A DNA stretch of 61,040 bases, the filler included, from Streblomastix strix (Eukaryota): NCBI GenBank assembly GCA_008636045.1. It is 3 parts of 3 records of this genome, joined end to end, with 100 filler letters (N's around TTAATTAATTAA, not from the genome) between each part and the next. Parts side by side here need not be neighbours in the genome. Positions count along the whole stretch, not along the records: positions 1 to 20,283 come from SNRW01000442.1; positions 20,384 to 40,665 come from SNRW01000443.1; 1 more part is not named here. One strand, 5' to 3'. A program made the position numbers and the translations under genes. The notes below the pieces were generated by a model. The model ran no database searches. It was not told the DNA's origin and saw only the letters and a list, made by a program, of their open reading frames with translations. Shown piece by piece: positions 14,451 through 27,900 of this stretch. Every line of letters begins with the position of its first letter. Within the stretch, counting starts at the first letter, position 1.

Positions 14451-17074
14451 GATAAAATAAATGAATTATATCATCAAAATGGGTATTATTAAATAAAAAT
14501 TCATTTCATTATGAAATAGATTATTTTAACATTATTTACATTTTGTAAACAAAAAAAAATTTGTTTCTAATATTTCGTTGAATTTACTTTATTTAGTACA
14601 TTAAATATATTCTTCCCACCGGGACACACCGTTTTTTATTGGAATATCGCTTAAACTGTACGGATATTACGCATTTTAATGGGTATTTACACTATTTATA
14701 CGTGATGGTAGTTTCAAAATTTGAAATCTTTTATAATAATTGTTTTGAGATGAATATTCAATAAAGTTAATGGTTCATAACAAATCGAATGCAGTTTCAT
14801 TAGAGTCTAAAGGAATTGTGTCTCTGATAATAAAAATAATCTGAGTTAACAAATAAATCTAGTGGGTAAAAATCTGAGTTTTCTACAAAGTCCAATTAAA
14901 TATGTACGATGAGTCATTTTTGAGCTATTAATAAATTATTGATCTATGACCCAGGTCTTATAAGATTTTGAACTCTTTGATATATGTTAATTTGAAAGTT
15001 ATCCAGAAACAGAAGGATTCCTATTTTTTGAAAAAATTTAGGATTAAAGAATTATTTTTTAATTGATAGTAAATTGAATTATTCTCAATGATAAATGTAA
15101 AATTATTAAATTTGTGTGATTAAAATGACACTTATGGCCAAAAATTAAAATAACTTCCATAGAATCGATTTTCATGAAAAATTTCATAAATATCTAAATA
15201 TTTTTTTGCATAATTAACATTTTTTCTTCAATTTTTCAGCAATCTTAATGCAAATAAAATAACAATGATATCATTTACTGCTTCATGCTTCGGAATCATT
15301 TTAAGAAATTTCAGAAATAAAATGTCTTTGTTGAATGCAGTACTCAACTATAAATTATTTAAATCTTGTTAATTTGTTAAATTTATATTTTTATTGAATT
15401 TAATTATACAGTTATATATTTTTTAATTATTTTTAATCAGCAGATTTAACTTACAAAAATATATTGCTCGCTGACCGATCTAAATTAATAAAATAATTCA
15501 TTTATGCTTTTCTACAAATTATTTTGGCAGGACCAACAAATAAACATGAAAATATCAAATAATTTATATGTTTAAAAATCGGGCTGTTTTTTTCAAATTT
15601 TCAGTTCCAACTTTACTAATTACGACAATTAAATTTATTATCTTTTTAAGTTTTTCTGCTGAATTTATATTTTTTATTTTTTTATTTTTATTTCAATTTT
15701 ATTAAATTTTAAATTTAACCTTTGAACTTAATATATTTTTAACCCAAAATTTTTGAAATTGCCCACCCACTCAAATTACCCATGGGTTATTATGGAATTG
15801 TCTATTTGAGGGCGGAACACATATTTTTTGAACCATTTTCCTTATCTCAGTCTCATAATGTATATGGCGTCTTTCTAAAAATGATCCATCGTACATTTTT
15901 GCTGTTTGCTCAGATTTTTACCCAATTCAATTATCAAAATGAAATAAATGGCATAATTACTTTGTAATGAGTAGAAAGTGCATTATTATTTTATATATGT
16001 ATTAATGTTTGATAAAAAATGTGATGTTATTTTTTACATAAAATAACGAGAAAAATCAAATAAATTAGTTTAAATTTTGAAAAATAAAACGTTGTGATTA
16101 TTGAAGACAGTGTAAACATATTTCAATTAATGATTTTTAAATTTGATGGAGAAGTTGAAGGTTAGAAAAAGTAATATGAATTAATCTAATTATTGATTTA
16201 GAGAATTGAAAAATTGCACCTTCATACAATTTCTCATATTTTGTACCTGTTGAATATAAAACACAAATTGAAAAATTATCTTCTGATTACCTGGAGAAGA
16301 AATATGAGACTGTTTAGGAAGATTCTGTTTTAGATTCAACTCAAAATCTTCTCTAAAACTTTAAAGAATACCGTTATAGATTTACTACTTGATGAGCATT
16401 AAAATTAAAAGATATACCTTTCTTATTATTTATATTTGAACAGACTGAAAATATTTATTTTAAACTTTCAATTTAAATAGTCTATAGAATCCAACTGAGG
16501 TTAAGAAATGAAAGAGTAAAATGAAGTATGTTTGATTGTTTTGTAAATTTAATTATTGCGATGAAATATTGAAAGATTATAGATTATTTATAAAATTACA
16601 TTGGTTATTTTATCAGTCTGACTGTATCTTGCGAGAAATACATTGATGCGATTTAAACAATTTGAAAGAATATAGGTTTCCAAACATTGTATCAACTTTT
16701 TATCATAATAATTTTTAAATATTATTTTTTAAATGGTTGTTTTTATAACATATAACATTTGAAAACTCACATAAACCATTATTCAATTATTTTAAAAATA
16801 AATCAGTTTTTCGCATTATTTAAATCATTTTTTTATTATATTTAGCATTATTTGAAAAATCAAATATTCTTTCATATATTAATTTTAATATATTTAGATT
16901 TTATAATTCATTCCAACATTTTTGAAAGATTTTAAATTTTCTAAATTAATTGTTGAATTTCTTTTGAACAATTAAAGAAAAATTCAAGATTTTCATTTTT
17001 TATTTTTATTATTTTAATAATTTGAAAATATATTTAATATTATTTCTGATTTATTTCTTTATTCTTATAAGATA

Positions 17075-20000
17075 ATGAAAATGCTTTCCATAATTTTGTG
17101 TATATTAATTGTAAATCTCTCTGTTGCAAATTGTGAGTTTAATGATAGTTTTCAGAATTACACATCCGAAGTTTTGCAATGTCTTCGAAGCATTCCGGTA
17201 TGATTAAAATATGATAATATTGTACAATTATCAATTATTTATTTATTATTTTTCATACTTATCCATAAAAGATTTCTGATAAGGAAAAGGTTATTACAAT
17301 TTCACAAATAAAGTATTATTTATCTGGATATTCATACCGTGATATTTATTTGAACTTGTCTGGACCTCCAATTGGCTACGGTGGTAAATCAATCAACATT
17401 TTCAAAGAACTGGATAGAATTAAAGATCTACATCATGAAAATACATTTGATTTTTACTAAAATATTACACAATTGTTTAACTCAATGCATTATGATTATA
17501 CGTATTTTAGAACTCCTTGTTTCGAATCTTTTGCAATTATAACACCATATTTATTCTGATTTGAGATTGATCCAGTTTCTGGTAGACATATAGCATATGG
17601 ATAAAAATATGTAACATTGGAAGATTTCGATGAAATATATGATGCTAATGTTGATGGATCTGAGATTAAGTATATAAATATTCTTGGATTAGATATATAT
17701 AATGATAAAACCGGCGAATTAAACGAAGGTTCTTATACACCAGAAGAAGCAATTGTGAATTGGGCAAATGAATATGAGAGTAATTATCGAAATCCATATG
17801 CAAAAGAGGAAAATGCACGGACTTATTCATTCTATATTCGTCCAATTATGCATTATGTTGTTTCATAGTCATTTAATATAACTTACGGATACATTGATCA
17901 TACAAGCAATGAAATTAGATAATTAAATATTCCATATTTATTCAAATCTTTTGATAATATTTCAAATATTGAAGATTTTTGTCCAGTTGATGAATACTAC
18001 CATTAAACAAAGGATAATTCATTATAAGTCGAAATGAATAATTATAAATCAGGAAAAATGAAGAAAATGACGGAAACTGTATCAAAAGATAAAAAAGAAA
18101 TATTGAACATTCGCACAAATTTTAAAAACCTTGAAAAGGAAATTAAAATAAAAATAAGAGAAAGAATAGAACCATTTTAGAGATAAAAAAGGTAAATGAT
18201 GAAGAATAAGAACATAAATACTGACATTGATATCAAATCATCATATAAGCACAATTTAGAATATAATCAATAAAGTATTAATAAAAGAACCAAAAATATG
18301 GATGATTACGTTAAAGTATATGAATCTAAAGATTCTTCGCTAATTGGATACTATATTCCATCTCTGAAATTGGGAATTATACGCATTAAATCATTCTGGT
18401 CTGAAGAGTAGGATGACTTTTAATATTCACTCTACATGATTGTTCGCTAATTAGCAGACAAAAACAGTCCTTTCCATTCTTAGAAGATTCTGATTGATCT
18501 TCGCTACAGTAGTGGAGGGTATATTCGACTTCCTTATATTACATTCAGATTCCTTTTCCCATAAGCAGATTCCCCTATTTGGCCGCAATCAGATTATGTC
18601 AAATCTGATGTAAACTCGATTTATGGTGTATTTTAAGATTTATTCACAAAATTAGAAATTGAAGATTCTGATATATTTCTGGATGATTAGACAGGTGAAG
18701 TTATTTATAACCACTACAACTTAGAAGGATCTTAGAGAACTACAAGTGTTAACTTAGCTGATGGAGTATAAGATTCCATCACTGTTAACCTGACCAAACG
18801 AGCAACTTACTATGCCGGACATCTGGATTAGATCAAGAATTACTCACTTGATTGGCCTTCATTCAGAAGCGTTCATTGGTAACCAAAGGATGTTATTACT
18901 CTTGTCAATGGACAGTGTTTTGGTTCTTGTTCATTGTTTGCAAAGTAGATACATTAGAAGAAAGTAGGAAGAGTATGCAACCATATATTAATATATATTA
19001 TAAGTAGAATTATTAGCTTTTATTAATAATAACTTATTTCTTAATTACAATATTAATTAATAATAATTTAATATATATTAATAATTGTCAGACTGTTGCA
19101 TTGGGAAATTTTGGTGGTGTTCACAATAACACTCGATATGACATTGGATCTGCAGCTGGTGGTACTTCAATGAATAATCAATATATAAAAGAATATCAAG
19201 ACTTTTATTTGGAAGATCCAGATCTTTTTAAGGACTATAATATTAGTCTGGATGTATTCCCAAAACCATTTTTCAGGAAAGATTCCATTATATAATATGA
19301 ACATATAGAATTTTATGGAACTACACCAAAGACAGCTGATAATTTGTACGAGGTTCACATATATGATGCTGACTTTCATATTAATTATGCTGAATAGTAT
19401 TTGGACTACATTCAGGAAGACGAAGATAAAGATTATTAATTATATAACAGAGTAATTAATGAGTTGAATGAGAAGTTGGGAAATGTTAAATAAGAAGATT
19501 CAGGAGCAAAACAAATGAATGTTGATTCAGATATTGTAGATAATGAAATTGGATGCGCTGCTGGGGAAGTTCTTATAAATACTAATGGCGTTATTGAAGA
19601 ATGCAAGTCATTATAAGATGCAGATATTCATTCGGTTTATGGATATAAATGCAACATTGAAGATAGTAGTATTAGAAACGAGGCTACTGATGAAATTTAA
19701 GTTGGATAATTCATTAAAAATGCAGATGGATGCAAATTCTCACATTGTACAGCAGGATACATGAGATTAGGGAATAAATGTGAGAAAGAAATGATTTTAT
19801 TTGGAGATACAGAAGAATATATCAGACCTTAATACCTTGAACCTGAAATAGACCTTTAAACTGATGTTGATCAATAAAAGGAAAGTAATTGGAAATTGAC
19901 ATTGATAATTATATTTGCAGTTATTATTGCCATTCTCATAGTAGCATTGATTATTGTGAGTGTGTGTTGCTCATTAAGGAAAGTTCGTGTTGCAACATAG

Positions 20001-20219
20001 GAAAAGGAGATTTAACATCAACCATAAGATAAAAAATAATAAAATGTTTCAAATATTACAAATGAATAAGACTAACTCGAATCGTAGACTTCTGATGAAC
20101 AAAAATCCCTAGATGAAAAAGATCAACAGATGCAGTAATTGGATCAATCAAAGGAAAGCCCAGTGATTGATTAACCTATAAATGAGGATGAGGATGATGA
20201 TAATGAAGATAGAGTTTGA
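17075..20219 (+). CDS. Secreted, type-I membrane-anchored peptidase S41 (CPAF-like) family protein; introns ~17198-17271 and ~18973-19092
   Basis: Signal peptide MKMLSIILCILIVNLSVA; CLRSIP; LGIIRIKSF; ILIDLRYSSGG; DVITLVNGQCFGSCSLFA; Cys-rich stalk; TM helix LTLIIIFAVIIAILIVALIIVSVCC; acidic cytoplasmic tail. Confidence 0.8.
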
Positions 20220-20283
20220 TTTTTTTTTTTTTTTTATGAAATTTAACACAAATTTTATTTGAAATATCAACTTTATAATTATT

Positions 20284-20383
20284 NNNNNNNNNNNNNNNNN
20301 NNNNNNNNNNNNNNNNNNNNNNNNNNNTTAATTAATTAANNNNNNNNNNNNNNNNNNNNNNNNNNNNNNNNNNNNNNNNNNNN
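20284..20383. other. Artificial contig-joining linker (N44-TTAATTAATTAA-N44)
   Basis: Six-frame-stop 12-mer embedded in N runs. Confidence 0.95.
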
Positions 20384-20661
20384 GTTAGATAAGGTTACGA
20401 AGAGCTAGCAGAGGTATGTGCTATGCGGACTATATGACTGAACGTGAATTCATCCGACTTTGCGAAGGAACAAAAGAAAAAAAGAAATCTAATAAAAAAT
20501 ATATCAGCTCTAAAAAAGAGGATTAGAGTATGTCAAATAGCGAATCAGAGAAAGAATAAATTGAAGAGGGTGATGGAAAATTGAGCTTTTAAAGACTATC
20601 TGCTGAATTAGCAACATTAAATATACCAAAGAAAAGAACACGAGATGAGTTGGAAGAATGA
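20384..20661 (+). CDS. 3' end of a gene; weak resemblance to the Snf2/Brahma post-helicase Y-x-D-x-x-T-E motif
   Basis: RLRRASRGMCYADYMTEREFIRLCEG followed by a charged tail and TGA. Confidence 0.35.
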
Positions 20662-20999
20662 TCGAAATGCGTAAAAAAGTGAATGATGTTGAGAAGTGAA
20701 CATATGCCCTCATAGCCTTTTTTAGGATGAGAAGCACTATTATCTTGTAGATTTTCCACTTCAGCGATTAACATGGTAATAAATATAATTGTTAAAAAAT
20801 CACAAACAAACCAAACATGATTCATAAAACATTTATTTAATGAAGAATAATTTAAAGAACTTAAAAAATAACAGGTTAAAAATGTAAAGATTTCATGATA
20901 ATCTTTTTATTCTACAGATAAATTGTTCTTATTCACAGTCATATATAAGAAATTTGCACATTTACACTAGTTAAATTATCAACCAATTAAGTTAGTTGC

Positions 21000-21728
21000 T
21001 CAGCTTGCTGTCTATACCATCTCACCACTAGCTATAAATTCTTCTACATCAGCCAAAGGAAGAAAATAATGACCGTCACGTACAGGAATTAATGTCCCGC
21101 TCTCTGGTAGTATTATATTTTTTCCAATTAACTCATCACCAACAACTCTCACTTGGACTTATGCTTCAAGAGGTGGATTCAAGTTGCGAGTGATTTAAAT
21201 ACCATAGACTGTATCCAATTCGTTGCAATAATCTTAGACACAATTAGTATAATCGAAAAAATATTATTTCTCATGTTCATTAAGTTTTTTATTCATGCTA
21301 GAAGAAAGAACTCCAACTTCCCAGAAAGCTTCTCGGATTCTTTACAAGCGATATTCACTATATGAATTTAAATTGAAAAAGATATGATGTTAATGCAATT
21401 AAACGGTAAAAGAGCAAACAAATATGCTAATAAAATACGTCTATTTCGAGCTATTCCACAAAAATCAGCATTAATTTTCTAGACGAACTCTAATGCTATC
21501 TCTGGCGTTTTCCCCTCAATGTGCTCATGAAACCAACTGATAGCTTCGTTGTTTAGACCTATTATTTCCTGCCTGACATGGCTCACACCTTCTTCCTACA
21601 GTTTATATTAAAATGTTAATACATGATCATGTAAAAATAAAAATAAGGCAAACATCAAATGGTGGAAGCCAAGCTGACTATTTAAGGGTTCTTAATAAGG
21701 CAATTCCTCTTTCTCCTGGTTGTGCCAT
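21000..21728 (-). CDS. GINS1: DNA replication complex GINS subunit Psf1 (two introns)
   Basis: MAQPGERGIALLRTLKQSAWLPPFD/EEGVSHV...ARNRRILLAY/EYRLQRIREAFWEVG...EHEKQYFFDY...NPPLEAQVQVRVVGD...HYFLPLADVEEFIASG. Confidence 0.9.
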
Positions 21729-21971
21729 ACTCAGAGCAATTAAAATAAAAAACAACAAAAAAACTAAATTGAATTTAAACTTAATTGAAATATGATTTAT
21801 CATAACTGGGAAGATACAGAATGTGTTAGTAATCAGTTTTTTTTTTAAAAAAAACATCAAATAGCGAATTATAGATAAATTATTATTTAAATAGTACAAT
21901 TATAATTCAAAAAAATATAATCAAATAAATGAACTATTTTTGAAGAAAAAATTAAAGTTAAAATGTTAAGG

Positions 21972-24900
21972 ATGGATCTGCACGCTGTCGTTTTTTAGTA
22001 TGCATAAAATAATTGGACAGGAATCATATAAAAGTAAATTTGATTAATTTTTTTTATAAAGTATAACTATATATAAGAATATATTATACAAATATTCAAA
22101 ATTATTTTAGTTGAAGAACCAGAAATTGTATTTTTCAAAGTCTTAATATAATCTCAGTTTTATTATATATATATGCTCTTCTCTTTAAATGGATCAATAT
22201 TTTAAAATGATAGTTATTAAATAGAATATTTTCATTTCCAAAAAATTAATTTATATATTTTTATTCTAAGTATTTAATTTTGTATCTAATATATTAATAC
22301 AGAAAATCCCTGTAAGCAACACAAACTCATGATGTTAGAACTTACTCTTCAGTCTGTTGGATCTGAATATGCTCGTTTCTTAGGAATAATCAGTAAGNNN
22401 NNNNNNNNNNNNNNNNNNNNNNNNNNNNNNNNNNNNNNNNNNNNNNNNNNNNNNNNNNNNNNNNNNNNNNNNNNNNNNNNNNNNNNNNNNNNNNNNNTAT
22501 TTAATTTTGTATCTAATATATTAATACAGAAAATCCCTGTAAGCAACACAAACTCATGATGTTAGAACTTACTCTTCAGTCTGTTGGATCTGAATATGCT
22601 CGTTTCTTAGGAATAATCAGTAAGAACATATAAAATACTTCAACTTTAGCGAGTCTACTTGAAAAATATTTATAAGGTGCCTTTTCCTACTCTTACTTAG
22701 AACATATGTGTAGAATTACACACCAACCTACAAGTGAGCTCGCAAATTCAGTTTTACCATCACTTTTTTCAGAAGCAGAGGACAAAGTGTTGCTTGCCAT
22801 GCACGAATTAGAGAATCAATTTACTTCTTTTGATTAAAAGCATGAATTATAATACAATAATGGGGATCAAAATTCTTAAGCATCTCGTGAACGTGGAAAT
22901 GAAGACTCTGTTTTTGACAACAAATAAAAGAAAACGCGCCTGTTAAGAAGCTCAGATAAAATCAATTAAAACTTAAAAATTTAAAAATAATGGAATGAAC
23001 AGAATGCAAAATCAGACTCAATATAGAATACCAACTTTTCTGCCTGTTAATTCTGTTCTGAAAATCTTTACGATGAACAAGCTAGTAAATCTTTTGCTGA
23101 ATTTACGAACTGCACAAACGATATTGCTATCCGAATTATATGTCTTGGAAGGATGATTTTTTATAGGAAGATAGCAGTTCGTCTTTTTACGATGCGTTTA
23201 GCACCTTACTAATTGGATTAGAGTAGGGCAATTTTAGATACACTTTAGCTAAGTTGGCTTAATTGTATGCATATTCAGGGAAGACATTAGAAAGACTTTC
23301 CAACCCAGATTTTAAATTATATGCAAACTATATATATTCCTCCTGCGGTAGCAAAGGTTCGTCGTCTTGCTCGAGGATCAACTAGATTAGTAAGACCACC
23401 ACCGATGGATCTTGATCCAGATGAAGAAATGAGAGCAACACCTTCATATAAACTATTGGATGTTGATCAATTACTCAAATTGGAGTTTAATCCTGCTGGA
23501 CTATTCTATTCGACCCCGAAAATATAACATTTTTCCTTTGGGAATGTAGAAGAATAAGCGTTTCTTGACCAAGCAAGTTTTCGAATTAATCCTATGAGTT
23601 CAGTTTTGAACTATGTATGTGTTGCTGATTAAAATCCAGATATAGGACCATTCAAACCTATTCCTTGGTCACAATTAGATCGCGCAGTATTTCATTATGA
23701 AGATTATCTTGAGCCAATTGAAGTAACAATATTTTTGATGGAAAAAACCTAAAAGAAACTCCAATCATATTTAAAAGCCATTGTACAATTTATGAATGAA
23801 GATATTAATGCAAACTTAAAATCTATTTGTTCCAATAACACATTATTTCAGTTGGATGATTCAGAAATATTTATATTAAATTTGATTTATGGAGTTGATC
23901 GTTTCAAATTCAATCATATAATAGAAAACAATAAATAGGAATAAAATAAATAATAATAAATAGAAGTTTAGGATTAACAATAAGAAATTGTTATAAATAA
24001 CGAAGAAAATGATGACTATAATCAATCATTAATTGATAAAGATAAATAGAATAATACTGAATAAAATAAAGATGAAATTCTTTCAGATACAAAATAAATG
24101 GAAAAAGAGGAAGAATAAAAAGAAATTAATAAGAAACCAACAGCAAAAAGAAAATGGCGTGAAACTATGATGTTAATTGAGAATACAGAAAAGATAATGA
24201 GAGATGAACAAGAAGCTGATGAGAGAAGGAAATAAAATAAATTGGATAATGAAGCTGCCATATCATAACGTAAGAATGAGGAAGAACAAAGAAAGAAGAT
24301 AGAATAAGAAACAGAAGAATTTTTATAACCATTGAGAGATACTGAAAATTCTCTTATGGATTTATTCTGCCCATCAATGATGTTGAGGGGAGAGCAGAAG
24401 ATTATTACTACAATTTTAGTTATAAATCGCATTGCACAAACTATTAAGCGTCTTAAAACAAAATTTGAGGAAACATAATAAGAATTTGGACATTAGTTTG
24501 AAACTGCAAATCTGAAACATGAAAGATCTATTCGTGGAGAAGTGTAAGCACTTATTGATCGAGTTGAAGAACACCAATGGCAACTCGAGAATATAATTCC
24601 ATATGCAATCAATGAGAAAAAAACACGTACTCATTCAGAGATATGGGGGAATTCGTAGCTTAACACAGGATATGAAGAGAAGTAATACTTCAAATAGCAG
24701 GTAATAGTTGATTTAAATCCATATGATTCTGAAAGTGATAGTGATACAAAGTATCCTCTACAAATAAGCACTCGTGAAGAAAGAAGAAAAAATAGAGAGG
24801 AAAGATAGATGTAGATGATGTCGAATATCTAAAAAGTGGAAAAAATATCTAGAAAATAAAAAAGAGAAAAAACAGAAACTGAAAATATAAATAGTTAAGA

Positions 24901-27900
24901 ATAGAAGGATTAAACTTTACGAAATGTTCTAATTGCGACATCAGCCGAATTGGATCAGATTGTGATGCGAGATCCATAACTATTCGTTTCTGATTTGATA
25001 CAACATCCTTCACGATTTGAGTGGATTTTTCCGTCATCAATTTCAACATCTTAAAATTAATAGCTTTTATCACTGTTAAGTGCTCACACTTGGCATCTTG
25101 CATTTAATTGCGTATTACGTAGAGAACTGACAAATAAGAAGGATATTATTGATGAAAATAAAGAATTAGCAAACCGTACATTAATTATGAAAGATGGACT
25201 TATATATATTAGTGAATGGATTATGACTTGTATTTGCAATGGAATCAATTGGGAACATTGGAGAAAAGAAAATGAAAGCTAAATTGGAATTAATTATGCA
25301 TAATTAAATAATTTAAATTAAAATTTGTCAAACTTATAACCGTAATGTAATCATTAACAGCCAGTAACCCATTCTTATTTGAATATGCTATTATTTTAGT
25401 TATTGAGAAATCATTTTCTTATTATTCAACGTCTTATGAAAGGGATTTCACTCTGCTGCACCATAGAAAATAAAACTACATTAAATCAATAATCTTTAGA
25501 TATACAAATATATACTAATACTGAAAAATATAATAATATTGATAGTGATGTTATCATGTAAAAAGTGAAGAGAAAAAGAAACGATAATGAAGAAATATAA
25601 AGTATAGAAAATAATAATTAAGATGATAATAGTGTGGTTTTTAATTAATACAATGAATTATACATATCTGGGGAGAAGAGACATAGAATTGATTTAGATG
25701 AAGAAGAAGAAGAGTAAAATTCTTAAAATAAAGTTAATTTTATTTCTAATTTAGGAACAGATTTAGACAATTTCAACAAAATAATTAATTATCATCTTCC
25801 TCTTCCAACCCATTCAATAGATTCTTCTATTAATCTACATTCATAATCTAAAATAATGTGGATGTTTCACATAATAGAATAAGGATGCAATGGATTCTTT
25901 GATTCTTAATTGCAATCACAAAACAAATCTTAATTATAGAATAAAGAAATGGAGAAGAAATAATTGAATTGGAAGAGAGGTGGAAATTAGAAGAGAAAAA
26001 GAGGGTCATTTAGGAAAGAAAATAGAATGAAAGAAAATGAAAATATAAATATTAATGAATTATCAATTGAAAAGTTTGAATAAGAAACAGTTTCTAAATC
26101 TCAATTAATGCCAACTGATTCTTCATTAATTTAACTAAACAATGAAATTAAAATTGAAGAAACAAACAATGATTCGTTATTCAATAATTCAGGAAGCATT
26201 TGTTCTAAAATGGAAGAAGAATTGATAAAAAGATTTAGAGGAAGTTTTGAGTCAACTATAGCTTTTGTAGGATTGGAATAACTATTTGAAAATTTAATTG
26301 ATTCAGCTCTTGATGTTATTAATGATCCTGCTTCAATGAAAATTATTGAATAATCTTGGAAATGGAATTCAATTGAAAGATAAAACAATAATAATAATCA
26401 TGTAATAATTGATAATAAAGATAACTTAATAAAACAATAGAAAAGAAATGACATTAATGAATATAAAGAAATAGAATAAAATCATATTCGTACATTAAAA
26501 ACTCCAGTTTTTAAGTCATCTGCGCTAAAAGCTATTGACAGGGCAAATAGTCTGAGTTAAGAAATTATATATAAATAACAAAATTAATCTTTAAATAATG
26601 CATATAATACATATAATAAGGATTAATTATTTTAAAATAATATTATTAATTTATCTCATCTTGATGAGTTTGTTGATATTGCATAGATTATGGGATGGAA
26701 TATCAAAAGAATAATTGCAAATCCATCCTCATATATAGTAAAACACCACAAATTACAAACATCATCATCATNNNNNNNNNNNNNNNNNNNNNNNNNNNNN
26801 NNNNNNNNNNNNNNNNNNNNNNNNNNNNNNNNNNNNNNNNNNNNNNNNNNNNNNNNNNNNNNNNNNNNNNNTAAAGCCTTATTTTAGAGCTTGTGAAAGA
26901 GATGCAATATAGATTACCTCTAAGTAATTCTTTGAAATTAAAAAGAGACGATTGCAAATCTAGATTGTATAAAGCTGAAAAATGGAGATAGTTCCTTGCA
27001 GAGTATAAAACACGACTGTTAAGATATTCCTGGGAAATAAAGAAAATTGCGAAGAGCAAACGTGTTGCAACTCGAATAATTAATCTCATTTCTCCACCAC
27101 AACGTAATTTAGTTTCATCCCAATTAACTTCAATATCATAATAATCACCCACACCTCTTCCTACTGTTTTTGAAGTTTAATAATCTTCTCCATCTTTTGA
27201 TGTTGTTCAATATGTTAATTCAGATATTGATGTAAATACTTCAGATTAAATGCATAATATTTTAACATCAAATGATGATACTAAAATCAAACAAGAATTT
27301 GAAGAGAATTTAAATGATAATTAACATGATTTTAACTCAATTACTAATCAAACTTTGAATAATAATGATCAATAAGAACAAAAAAATGGAATACAAATAT
27401 CATTCCTTCCTTTTGAACCACCTCCTCTTCCATTAGAAAAACAAATTAAGTATATCTAATCATCTCCAATTGTTAATAGATAAACTATTTTGAAACTTGA
27501 CTCATAATCTCCTCATCAAATTGTTTTTACACCAAAAACACACAGAAATAACATAGTTGATAATAATCAATATTAAAGTCCGTCTCTTGTTTGTACTCCT
27601 CCTCTTCCTAATTCAATTAATTAATCAATGAAGGAGAATAATTAATCGAAAATGGAAAAGGACTAAAATAATAAGAATGAAACTTAACCCAGAAATTAAA
27701 GACCTTAAAGATTATCTGCTAAAATAAAGTAAAGATATTAAGATGAGATTAGATTAGAAGAAGAAAAAAGAAAAGTAAGAAAAAAGAAGTAAATAATTAA
27801 TATTGATGATGATGAAGAAGCAAAAAATGAACCTAAGAAACCAACATTAAAAAAATCAAATGTAAAGATCTCTCAAGCACTGAAAAAAGAAGTCATAGAT

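Noticed and set aside
20328..20339. TTAATTAATTAA palindrome between N runs (also at 40710-40721)
   Set aside because: Artificial contig linker. It also means the virus cannot be claimed to be integrated next to SPAG17.
22271..22624. Exact 127-bp direct repeat
   Set aside because: Flanks a 100-N gap; unmerged assembly overlap rather than a biological repeat
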